Origin: a virus
Taxonomy: Duplodnaviria > Caudoviricetes
Strand: one strand, 5' to 3'
IMG/VR virus record: IMGVR_UViG_3300027741_000087
Span: 1 to 54,024 of that record
DNA length: 54,024 nucleotides
Position numbers and translations under genes: made by a program. Position 1 is the first letter of the stretch; every line of letters begins with the position of its first letter. The notes under the pieces are model-generated. The model had not been told where the DNA came from. It saw only the letters and a program-made list of their open reading frames with translations, and did no database searches. Below are positions 28,496-35,839 of the stretch, piece by piece.

Positions 28496-28905
28496 AAAAG
28501 GAACGAATATCATGGGAGCAATATGCCTTAGAGCTTGCTAGGGTAGCGTCGCTTCGATCCGAAGACCCGCGAACAAAGGTAGGTTGCTGTTTATTACGTC
28601 ATGACCATACAGTCGCTAGTCTCGGTTACAACGGTGCACCTGCAGGCGTAGAGATTAATTGGGATAATCGAGAAGAAAAACATAAACGTGTTATCCATGC
28701 GGAGATTAATGCTTTGAGAATGGTTAAACCAGGTGAGATTTACTTAGCTGCTGTCACTCACGCCTGTTGCAATGATTGCTTAAAGTCCTTAGCTGCTTAC
28801 GGTGTTAAAAAAATCGTATATGCTTGTGATTATATATTTAAATCTGACTATTCCTTTAAAGATATAGCATCAGAGTTTGGTATAGAAGTTATTCAAATTA
28901 TATAG
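28492..28905 (+). CDS. dCMP deaminase
   Basis: RSEDP.TKVG, GYNG, HAEINA, CCNDC zinc motifs. Confidence 0.9.
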   Translation: MKKERISWEQYALELARVASLRSEDPRTKVGCCLLRHDHTVASLGYNGAPAGVEINWDNREEKHKRVIHAEINALRMVKPGEIYLAAVTHACCNDCLKSLAAYGVKKIVYACDYIFKSDYSFKDIASEFGIEVIQII

Positions 28906-28942
28906 TTGCTATTTCTAGTAACACTCTTTATTCTTTATATAA

Positions 28943-29470
28943 ATGAGCACACTAACAACATTTGAAGCAAAAATAGCAAAATCCATACACGACAAATTTA
29001 CTTCTGTAATTTCAAGGCTTTCGTCTAGCTCTCCCTTTGCCGGTGTAAACCTTAATGAGAGTCTTTTGGTTAAAGCTATTGAGAGACGATTAAGCATTGC
29101 TTATCGTGCAGTTTTGGACGAGAAAAACCTTATTGAAGAACCATACAGTGTTTATGGTAGTGTAGATAGCGTGGAGAACGCTCTGCTCGCTATTAAAGAT
29201 TTGATCACTGGAGGGTATTGCGGTAACCGCAATTATTTGTTCAAGCGACTTGATTTTCTCACAACTTCAGCTCTTAATGATCTCAAGGAGCGAAATCATA
29301 CAGAGTGGATACAACGCATCAATCAAGAATTTTGCGCTACTAGCGATCTTACAAAGAGCGCTCAGGTTATTCGCGCAAGAAAACGTAAGCGCAATGTACA
29401 AACACGTCTTCGTGATAAAAGCGGTCGGTTTATTAAAAATAAAAAGAAGACCAACCGCTTGCGTAAATAA
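28943..29470 (+). CDS. Hypothetical protein with basic tail (RDKSGRF)
   Basis: ORF track. Confidence 0.65.
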   Translation: MSTLTTFEAKIAKSIHDKFTSVISRLSSSSPFAGVNLNESLLVKAIERRLSIAYRAVLDEKNLIEEPYSVYGSVDSVENALLAIKDLITGGYCGNRNYLFKRLDFLTTSALNDLKERNHTEWIQRINQEFCATSDLTKSAQVIRARKRKRNVQTRLRDKSGRFIKNKKKTNRLRK

Positions 29471-29478
29471 ATATTTAC

Positions 29479-29736
29479 GTGACTGTAAATTTTAAAGAAT
29501 TTTTTGAGAAAACTAACTTAAAGCCAAATGAATTAAAGACCGGCGATAGGGTAGAAAACTGTAACTCTGACTGTAAGCATCATAAATCTACAGGTACTGT
29601 TACAAGGGTAATAAAACTCAAGGACGGTAAAGATATAGCAGGAAATGAAATTGAATACGAGTGCGATAACAACGGCAGTACTTGGAGAAAAGGTCAAAAG
29701 CTAAAAAAAACCAAATTCCAACTTAAAAAGATATAA
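29479..29736 (+). CDS. Hypothetical SH3-like small protein
   Basis: LKTGDRV...GTVTRV pattern; NFKEFFE leader. Confidence 0.55.
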   Translation: MTVNFKEFFEKTNLKPNELKTGDRVENCNSDCKHHKSTGTVTRVIKLKDGKDIAGNEIEYECDNNGSTWRKGQKLKKTKFQLKKI

Positions 29737-29780
29737 ACCTTACTTGCATTTAATATAGTTTGTAGCTATATTTTTTTATT

Positions 29781-29996
29781 ATGATTGAAGATATCCTTAA
29801 AAAGAATTTGCAGACGTTAGCGGAAGCGCAATTTGCATTTGAAATTAACGGCTGGGAAAGAATTGATTCTATACAAAAGGATAGGCAGAGTAACTCCACA
29901 GCTTGGGGTATTCTTTATACAAAGAACGGAAAAAAATTTTATCTTAATATCGATTCTGCAGCAACAGCGCTGCAGGTCGCTAAACGCATTCCTTAA
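29781..29996 (+). CDS. Hypothetical protein
   Basis: ORF track; sigma70-like TTGCAT upstream. Confidence 0.55.
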   Translation: MIEDILKKNLQTLAEAQFAFEINGWERIDSIQKDRQSNSTAWGILYTKNGKKFYLNIDSAATALQVAKRIP

Positions 29997-29997
29997 C

Positions 29998-30201
29998 GTG
30001 AGTTCGTTTAATTGCTTTGAAATTACGTTTCAGGGCATTAGATACAGCATTGACGTTGTAGTGCAAAAAGGCGACACGTCGGTATTTGTTGAACACGTTG
30101 ATAGCGACGATGATGTAGAGGAATCAACATTACTAAAATTAATACCTTACCTTATTGGAGAAGGTTTTATTGATAACCCAGAACGAGATATTATAATATA
30201 A
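29998..30201 (+). CDS. Hypothetical protein (L..YL..EGFI family)
   Basis: GTG start 1 nt after the previous stop; LIPYLIGEGFI. Confidence 0.55.
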   Translation: MSSFNCFEITFQGIRYSIDVVVQKGDTSVFVEHVDSDDDVEESTLLKLIPYLIGEGFIDNPERDIII

Positions 30202-30205
30202 TTAT

Positions 30206-30328
30206 ATGTCAAATAATAATCAATCAAATTACTCTATTATTCTCGGTGCATTTATTCTTCTTGGTCGCATTGCTATTAAGATTGTAGCTCTATACGTAAT
30301 TATTCACTTTATTGTAAAGTTCTGGTAA
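30206..30328 (+). CDS. 40-aa membrane peptide
   Basis: MSNNNQSNYSIILGAFILLGRIAIKIVALYVIIHFIVKFW, followed by a terminator. Confidence 0.55.
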   Translation: MSNNNQSNYSIILGAFILLGRIAIKIVALYVIIHFIVKFW

Positions 30329-30331
30329 CAA

Positions 30332-30359
30332 AAAACCCCTACCTTAAGGTAGGGGTTTT
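30332..30359. terminator. Perfect 28-bp palindrome, bidirectional terminator between convergent genes
   Basis: AAAACCCCTACCTT|AAGGTAGGGGTTTT. Confidence 0.8.
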
Positions 30360-30381
30360 AATGTATTAATTAATTTATAAA

Positions 30382-30582
30382 TTAGCTCTTTGATTTAGCG
30401 GGCTTCCGTGCGTTCTTCGTCTCTTGAATATTTTTTCTTTCAGCACGACTATACTTAATGACCTCTTGAAGAAGCTTACGTGCACGTGCACCAGCTGCAT
30501 TATTACCATTATAAAACTTTTCTGCTTCAACAGCAAAAGAAGTGGTTAGTTCGGTTAGTGTTGTTGATGTGTTTGTAGACAT
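30382..30582 (-). CDS. Histone H1-like Hc1-family small protein
   Basis: KF..GN.AAG.RARK.L.E......RK.IQ motif. Confidence 0.7.
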   Translation of the reverse strand: MSTNTSTTLTELTTSFAVEAEKFYNGNNAAGARARKLLQEVIKYSRAERKNIQETKNARKPAKSKS

Positions 30583-30613
30583 ATACAGATATATACTATT
30601 TAACCGATTAAAA

Positions 30614-30793
30614 TCAACTTATAGAAGGTTGATTACCGCTTGTCTGCGCTGGGAGAACCGTTGGAGACGACATATTGCTGGTATCCATATGATTTGATTG
30701 AGTACACTGAGGTAGTTCGTTTCTTTTGCGCTTTATAAGGCGTTGAATCTTTCTCTTGTTTTTCGGATTACGAATATATTCTTTAAAAGTCAT
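30614..30793 (-). CDS. 59-aa hypothetical protein (MTFKEYI leader)
   Basis: MTFKEYIRNPKNKRKIQRLIKRKRNELPQ... Confidence 0.5.
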   Translation of the reverse strand: MTFKEYIRNPKNKRKIQRLIKRKRNELPQCTQSNHMDTSNMSSPTVLPAQTSGNQPSIS

Positions 30794-30803
30794 AGGAACA
30801 TTT

Positions 30804-30892
30804 ATGCTAGGTAGGTCTTCGTTGGCTACCGGGTCTTTAACCCGCTGGTCGAAGAAGCGCTAATTACTCTCTGCCTAATCGAGTCTAGCCAA
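30804..30892 (-). ncRNA. Candidate structured ncRNA, family not recognised
   Basis: Nested pairings GCTAG/CTAGC, TAGG/CCTA, CTTCG/CGAAG, CGGG/CCCG; GC-richer than flanks; partial copy at 15413..15453. Confidence 0.45.
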
Positions 30893-30900
30893 AGTATTTA

Positions 30901-30992
30901 TGGTAGAGCGTGAGGGATTCGAACCCCCGGTACCTTTAAAGGGTACGATTGTTTAGTAAACAATTTCTTTAAACCAACTCAGACAACGCTCC
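30901..30992 (-). tRNA. Ser-type class II tRNA with ACU anticodon
   Basis: GGAGCGT/ACGCTCT, ATTGT-TTACTAA-ACAAT, long arm GTACC-CTTTAAA-GGTAC, canonical T-arm, ACCA. Confidence 0.8.
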
Positions 30993-31020
30993 TTAAATCG
31001 GTATTTCGTGTATTATAAGT

Positions 31021-31604
31021 GCCCCAGGTGCTCAATCCAGAGATTTTAGTAAACTTTATTTAACCTCGATACTAATATTGTGTACCTCCGGTTTCACAGT
31101 TGGGACCTTAACTCGCAAAAGCCCGTCTGTGTATGTTGATGAAATGTTCTTAACGTCCGTATTATCATTAAGAGTGAAGGACAACTGTCCCTTTCTCTTG
31201 CTGATACCCTTACGATGGAAGACAACTGTCTCATCATGTTCGACCTCTTCCTTATCAACCGCGATCACGAGCTTACCCTCCTTGACCGATACGTTGATAT
31301 TATCCTTCCCAACACCAGCCAATGCTACTTCGATGTAGTAGGTGACTGGATTACCGTCTGGGTCGGTTTCAGATACGATGTTATAAGGATAGACAGCATT
31401 TGGTACGTCAAATGCTTTGTCGAAGTCCTTAAAGACATCACTTAGCCATGTTTCGTTAAACAGTGCCGGGAGATGGCTAAATCCCAAGCCCTGGGCAGGA
31501 ACAAGCCTGCCGACTGTGTATGGTGTTATTTGTGTTGTCATATGTGTTCTCCTTTATTAAGCGAGTTAATATGTTTGCTTTAGTCTCGGTTTGAGCACCT
31601 GAGC
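31021..31604. repeat. Imperfect ~33-bp inverted repeats flanking hsp20 (31021-31054 and 31573-31604)
   Basis: CAGGTGCTCAA downstream versus TTGAGCACCTG upstream, with similarity extending on both sides. Confidence 0.75.
31056..31541 (-). CDS. hsp20: Small heat-shock protein (Hsp20/IbpA family)
   Basis: YPYNI, IEVALAG, HRKGISKR, YTDGLL motifs; AAGGAG Shine-Dalgarno; TATAAATA at 31610..31617. Confidence 0.9.
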   Translation of the reverse strand: MTTQITPYTVGRLVPAQGLGFSHLPALFNETWLSDVFKDFDKAFDVPNAVYPYNIVSETDPDGNPVTYYIEVALAGVGKDNINVSVKEGKLVIAVDKEEVEHDETVVFHRKGISKRKGQLSFTLNDNTDVKNISSTYTDGLLRVKVPTVKPEVHNISIEVK

Positions 31605-31628
31605 AATATTATTTATAGCAGCTATTTT

Positions 31629-32315
31629 TTAAAAATCAATATCCTTTTTATATTTTTTAAAAAATGCTTTTAATAAAATCGTTACATCGGTTACACTACA
31701 GAGCTCTGTTTTATTGAATTTAGCTTCAGAGTGTATTGTATCAGCTCCCGTTGTTAAATATGCTTGAATTTCATCCTTAAGTGTTTGCTTACAATATCCA
31801 AGATCGAGTAATACTTTTGATATTTTTTTATAAGCTGTAGGCTTGATTTTATTAATAATATGATTTACCCCATCTCTGTATGTTTTATCTAAACAATATA
31901 GCCCATGACATACTTCATGGTAGATAGTGCTTTTTTCAGCACCACCGCATGCAATTAGATAATAGAGCTCGTTTGTCTTTTCAGATATTGTATCATTAAT
32001 ATCCATGATCGTAAGATCATATTCGTTTATATCCATTAGACGATGTTTATCACTGTAATAAAGATTCTTAATAATATTTCCAGGTATATTAAAACCACAC
32101 CAATGCTCTGGGTATAAAAAACTCTCTTCTTTTCTCTTTTTAACGTAAGTTTTCATTAGATCAAGAAGCCTAAAATGCTTTCCTCGAATTTCCTTATAAG
32201 GAGACTCGTAGAATTCTTGAACTCTACAAAACGTCATTGCTAGGTCATATCTATCTTTTATAGTACATAGATATATTCCAGGGTATATCTTTTTAAGTTT
32301 GTATTTGATATTCAT
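31629..32315 (-). CDS. Conserved phage hypothetical protein with HExxH
   Basis: TFCRVQEFYESP, W.GFNIP, YHEVCHG, DEIQAY; start MNIKY because the longer call overlaps tRNA-Glu. Confidence 0.65.
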   Translation of the reverse strand: MNIKYKLKKIYPGIYLCTIKDRYDLAMTFCRVQEFYESPYKEIRGKHFRLLDLMKTYVKKRKEESFLYPEHWCGFNIPGNIIKNLYYSDKHRLMDINEYDLTIMDINDTISEKTNELYYLIACGGAEKSTIYHEVCHGLYCLDKTYRDGVNHIINKIKPTAYKKISKVLLDLGYCKQTLKDEIQAYLTTGADTIHSEAKFNKTELCSVTDVTILLKAFFKKYKKDIDF

Positions 32316-32326
32316 TTTAAAAACAG

Positions 32327-32398
32327 CGACCCTATGCAGAATTGAACTGCAGTTCTGCGGATGAAAACCGCATGTCTTAACCACTAGACGATAGGGCC
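32327..32398 (-). tRNA. tRNA-Glu(UUC)
   Basis: GGCCCTA/TAGGGTC, TGCGG-TTTTCAT-CCGCA. Confidence 0.85.
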
Positions 32399-32451
32399 AT
32401 TTAACACTCTGTATCATTACAATATATAGGCTATTTAATTCTATGCAAGAA

Positions 32452-32481
32452 AAAAGGCTCTATCTTAAGATAGAGCCTTTT
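32452..32481. terminator. Perfect 30-bp palindrome terminator
   Basis: AAAAGGCTCTATCTT|AAGATAGAGCCTTTT downstream of the beta-barrel gene. Confidence 0.75.
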
Positions 32482-32504
32482 CTATTTTTATGTACGTCTC
32501 AGAA

Positions 32505-33152
32505 TTAAAATATCTTCTCAAGAACCATCTCTACACCATTTCCTTGATAGTTCTCACCAAAAGCTGTTATGTAACGCGCTCCAAGTTCAACACCCTTAAC
32601 AATCTCGTAGTTGAGAGCAAACTTAAAGGTATTAACGTATGTATTACCGTAGCTTGCATTGAATGCACTACCGCCATCATAGCGAACCCATGTACTCAAC
32701 TTATCGTTAATCTTATACTTCAAGCGAAGCTGTGACAACCAATACGGAACGTTCAGTGCGGTGGGATCGGTATAGCTATAGCCGTCACCAATACCACCGC
32801 GAACACCAAGTTCCCAGTTTTTCCAGAGCTGCCAGGAATAACGAAGCTTGAACTCAGTATATCCACCGGTCTGTTGATCTGGACCTGTAGTACGAGAAAC
32901 ACCTTGTTCAGCCTCAATATCCCAACCGTTCTTAAAGTCAGTCCCTACAGAAAGAGCCTCGGTATTATTCCACTGATAAGCACTCCATTGTCCGTCAGAC
33001 TTTGATCGCTGATACATACCAGTCCAATGAGGCTCGATTGAGAATTCAATTGGCTCGTTAGTTGTTGTGAGGACTACGTTCTTCGTATCACCGGCGTAAG
33101 CGGTGACAGTAATTAGCATTGTGATAATTGGTATGATGTATTTGTTTTTCAT
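32505..33152 (-). CDS. Outer-membrane beta-barrel (porin-like) protein
   Basis: Signal peptide (AYA), alternating aromatic beta-strands, C-terminal Phe. Confidence 0.7.
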   Translation of the reverse strand: MKNKYIIPIITMLITVTAYAGDTKNVVLTTTNEPIEFSIEPHWTGMYQRSKSDGQWSAYQWNNTEALSVGTDFKNGWDIEAEQGVSRTTGPDQQTGGYTEFKLRYSWQLWKNWELGVRGGIGDGYSYTDPTALNVPYWLSQLRLKYKINDKLSTWVRYDGGSAFNASYGNTYVNTFKFALNYEIVKGVELGARYITAFGENYQGNGVEMVLEKIF

Positions 33153-33153
33153 A

Positions 33154-34251
33154 TTATTTGATTAAAAAAGTAAAGATAGCTGCTGTTGAGAGTAAAAGCA
33201 AGACCCAAGTACATAGCGTTGAATAATACGTCCAGAGGCTTGTACCAAAGTACCGCTTACCAATAAGAACACACTCATGGAGGGGTGAAATAAGATAACC
33301 GGCATAATCAAGAGCAAAGAACCAGAGAAGATACTCCTTACCGAAAATTGTACTCATAAGAACGGTAAGGGCGGCGAACTTACCATCCGAACCCATACTA
33401 TAGGATGCAATAAACGTGATAATACTAATAACAATGAACCCGACTGATGTATGCATTGATACACCGAGATTCTTTACTGAGGATTCAATCCATTCATGAT
33501 GCTCTTGCATGTAATCTGATAAAAAGAATACAATACCGATAATCCAAATTGTATTCCAATTAATATAACTATTAAGCTTCTTAAGGTTGAAGTTCTTGGT
33601 AAGAACGAGATAATAAGACATAAGCGCTCCAAAAACTGTAAAAACAGCTAATGGTCCTTCACCGCCTAGAAGGATATACCCAACAATAGCTAAAAGAAAA
33701 GGAACGACATTCTTAAAGAAGCCACCGAGATTAAACTTAGGCTTCTCGACAATTTCAACTTCCTCTTCTTTAACGTTGAACCAAATATAATAACCAATGA
33801 AAAGAGCTGAAACAGCGATTAACGGCCAGATCATTCTAAGCCATGCTGTATAACCAATACTGAAAGCGGCCATCGGTAGAATAACGGGCTTCTCTAACGG
33901 CGACCACATATAGAAGTGATGAGCGGTTAAGAAGTCTACAATACCAAGCTTTTTTCTACTATCGGAATTTTCTTCTTCATGATCAATACAGTTACAGTTT
34001 GATGTCGCCGTATCGAGAATACCGGCAGAAACGGTTGCTCTTCCTTCAATTGGAAGGATACCACTGACAAAGGAAAGCAAAGAAATAACCACGCGGTTAC
34101 TCTTAAACTTTGATTTAAGATAGCCGTAGATATCCTGGAAGATACCGTGTTCCTTAATAGTTCCGGATACAATCATGATTGCAATGAGTACGAACAGATA
34201 TATCTCGTCTTCTAGATATGACCAGTTGACCCAGTCCAGTATATGTTGCAT
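33154..34251 (-). CDS. Ion-transporter-superfamily (CitMHS/SLC13/DUF401-like) permease
   Basis: About 10 or more hydrophobic segments, SGILPI.GR, GYLISPLH; start MQHILDW because the longer call overlaps tRNA-Trp. Confidence 0.7.
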   Translation of the reverse strand: MQHILDWVNWSYLEDEIYLFVLIAIMIVSGTIKEHGIFQDIYGYLKSKFKSNRVVISLLSFVSGILPIEGRATVSAGILDTATSNCNCIDHEEENSDSRKKLGIVDFLTAHHFYMWSPLEKPVILPMAAFSIGYTAWLRMIWPLIAVSALFIGYYIWFNVKEEEVEIVEKPKFNLGGFFKNVVPFLLAIVGYILLGGEGPLAVFTVFGALMSYYLVLTKNFNLKKLNSYINWNTIWIIGIVFFLSDYMQEHHEWIESSVKNLGVSMHTSVGFIVISIITFIASYSMGSDGKFAALTVLMSTIFGKEYLLWFFALDYAGYLISPLHECVLIGKRYFGTSLWTYYSTLCTWVLLLLSTAAIFTFLIK

Positions 34252-34298
34252 AAGATTATATTTTATATGCTCAAAAAAAAAAAATCCAACTAGAAAAA

Positions 34299-34373
34299 TG
34301 GCACGCCGGGTAAGAATCGAACTTACTTGGGGCAGTTTTGGAGACTGCTGCACAGCCATTGTACCACCGACGT
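34299..34373 (-). tRNA. tRNA-Trp(CCA)
   Basis: GCAGT-CTCCAAA-ACTGC, GCCA end. Confidence 0.85.
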
Positions 34374-34378
34374 AAAAT

Positions 34379-34452
34379 TGGAGCCCAGTAAGAGAATCGA
34401 ACTCTTGTTTGATGATTACAAATCAACCGTTTTACCATTAAACTAACCGGGC
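34379..34452 (-). tRNA. tRNA-Thr(UGU)
   Basis: Loop TTTGTAA, canonical D and T arms, TCCA end. Confidence 0.85.
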
Positions 34453-34463
34453 GTTCTAATATT

Positions 34464-34604
34464 TTATATCAAACCAAGACTTTTTCTACCGTTTCCTTTG
34501 TTACGGCCTTTATAATGGTCTGATTGTGAATCACAATTATGGCATATAAGTCTGAGGTTATCAAGCTTATTATTATCGGCACGACCGTTTTTATGATCGA
34601 GCTC
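34464..34604 (-). pseudogene. C-terminal remnant of an HNH homing endonuclease
   Basis: ELDHKNG...NNKLDNLRLICHNCDSQ..Y.GRN with no native N-terminus. Confidence 0.8.
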
Positions 34605-34663
34605 CCGTGCCTTGCGGTAATAGATCCTAACTCTATCGTAGCTGCCAATTACACCACACGAGC
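34597..34663 (-). pseudogene. Truncated tRNA-Leu(UAG) lacking its 3' end
   Basis: GCTCGTG-TGGTGTAATTGGC, ATAGA-GTTAGGA-TCTAT, variable arm, then fusion to HNH sequence within the T-loop. Confidence 0.75.
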
Positions 34664-34725
34664 ATGAATTATAAGGCATGTACAAGCTAAAAGTTAAAAA
34701 AAACAATAGATTATCACTTCTAGGA

Positions 34726-34733
34726 TATAAATA
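34726..34733 (+). promoter_or_regulatory. T4-like late promoter TATAAATA upstream of the LCIB-like pair
   Basis: Exact motif 22 nt before ATG 34756. Confidence 0.6.
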
Positions 34734-34755
34734 CTTAGAGTATTCCTTTAATATA

Positions 34756-35835
34756 ATGAGTGGCAATAGACAAAACTACCTTAGCGATTTGCAACGACAA
34801 GATTTCTCTCGTTCCTCTCGCTTTCCACAGCCCCTACCGTATTACGGACCATATAGCGGTATGAGCTTTAACGAACGCCGCAATAAGCTCGTCCATGAAG
34901 CTATGGTACAATCAGAGATCGAGATGCGATTAATGATGGAGGCTGAAGAGCGTGCGCTTAATGAGCACAGTCAAAGTAGCTTGAGTACAGATGGCGGCGC
35001 GCCACCGGAACAGCAAATCTATTTGAGTGTTGTACGTAATACGTATCCTACAGCTCTTTTATCAGAAACTTTTGGTACAAAGACATTAAACTTTATTCAA
35101 TCAACTTTCGGTTATACACCTTCAAACGTATTAGTAGCTGAGTCAATTTGCTCTGATGACATCAATGCACCTGTTTTTAGTGGTAACCTCGGACAATTCC
35201 CAGATTCAATGACTTTAGCTCTTAATCCGTTCATGGCCGGTGGTATTGGCGGTTACCCTCATACAGGTGTTACAGGGTTAGCGGCTTGGATAAGTCACGT
35301 AACATCAGGTGGTGCGTTATTCCTCTTTAGTGCCCCTCACATCGGTGTATCAACTGACGGTACAATTGGTGCTGTAAAGAGAAGAGGTCAAAACGGTAGA
35401 TTGAATACCTCTTGCGGTGCTGTTAGAGCTGCTATTGATACTGTCTTAGGTGGTTGGACACCAAGCTTGAGCGGTACTTCACCAATCTTCACCGGTGCTT
35501 CTGTATATAATGATTACCAGCAAAATACTTTAACAGGTATTTTATATAATAATCGCGCCACTCTTTCCACCACACCTACCGACAAACAAATGACCGTTGC
35601 GACAGAAATGATTCGTGTTGCTTCTTACAATTGGATTAATGCAAACCTCTCTACAGCATATGCTGCAGTCTCAGGCGGTGTCGGTACACCGGATGTCTAT
35701 TTTGTTACAGGTACAATGATTAATGTCGATGATGGTTACAGTGGATTAACACAAGTAAATACCTTCCAGAAGTTCAGCGCTAACACCGGCTGGACGGACT
35801 ACACTAATAATTACCTCGCAGCTATAACACCATAA
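34756..35835 (+). CDS. LCIB/LCIC-like (theta-class) carbonic anhydrase domain protein with N-terminal extension
   Basis: SICSDD, F.AGG.GGYP..G.TG..A..SHV..GG, APHIGV..DG.IG.V.R.GQ, SCGA (Cys/His/Cys Zn ligands). Confidence 0.8.
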   Translation: MSGNRQNYLSDLQRQDFSRSSRFPQPLPYYGPYSGMSFNERRNKLVHEAMVQSEIEMRLMMEAEERALNEHSQSSLSTDGGAPPEQQIYLSVVRNTYPTALLSETFGTKTLNFIQSTFGYTPSNVLVAESICSDDINAPVFSGNLGQFPDSMTLALNPFMAGGIGGYPHTGVTGLAAWISHVTSGGALFLFSAPHIGVSTDGTIGAVKRRGQNGRLNTSCGAVRAAIDTVLGGWTPSLSGTSPIFTGASVYNDYQQNTLTGILYNNRATLSTTPTDKQMTVATEMIRVASYNWINANLSTAYAAVSGGVGTPDVYFVTGTMINVDDGYSGLTQVNTFQKFSANTGWTDYTNNYLAAITP

Positions 35836-35839
35836 TTTT

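Noticed and set aside
30794-30900. Theta/HDV-like, twister or pistol ribozyme
   Set aside because: Could not fit the required pseudoknots or conserved nucleotides by eye; left as an unassigned RNA
30901-30992. Amber suppressor (CUA) reading of this tRNA and stop-codon recoding
   Set aside because: The 7-nt loop TTACTAA centres on ACT; long genes are intact in code 11 and TAG/TGA end ORFs normally
34464-34766. 100-aa ORF as an intact HNH gene
   Set aside because: Its N-terminal half is translated promoter and tRNA-Leu sequence
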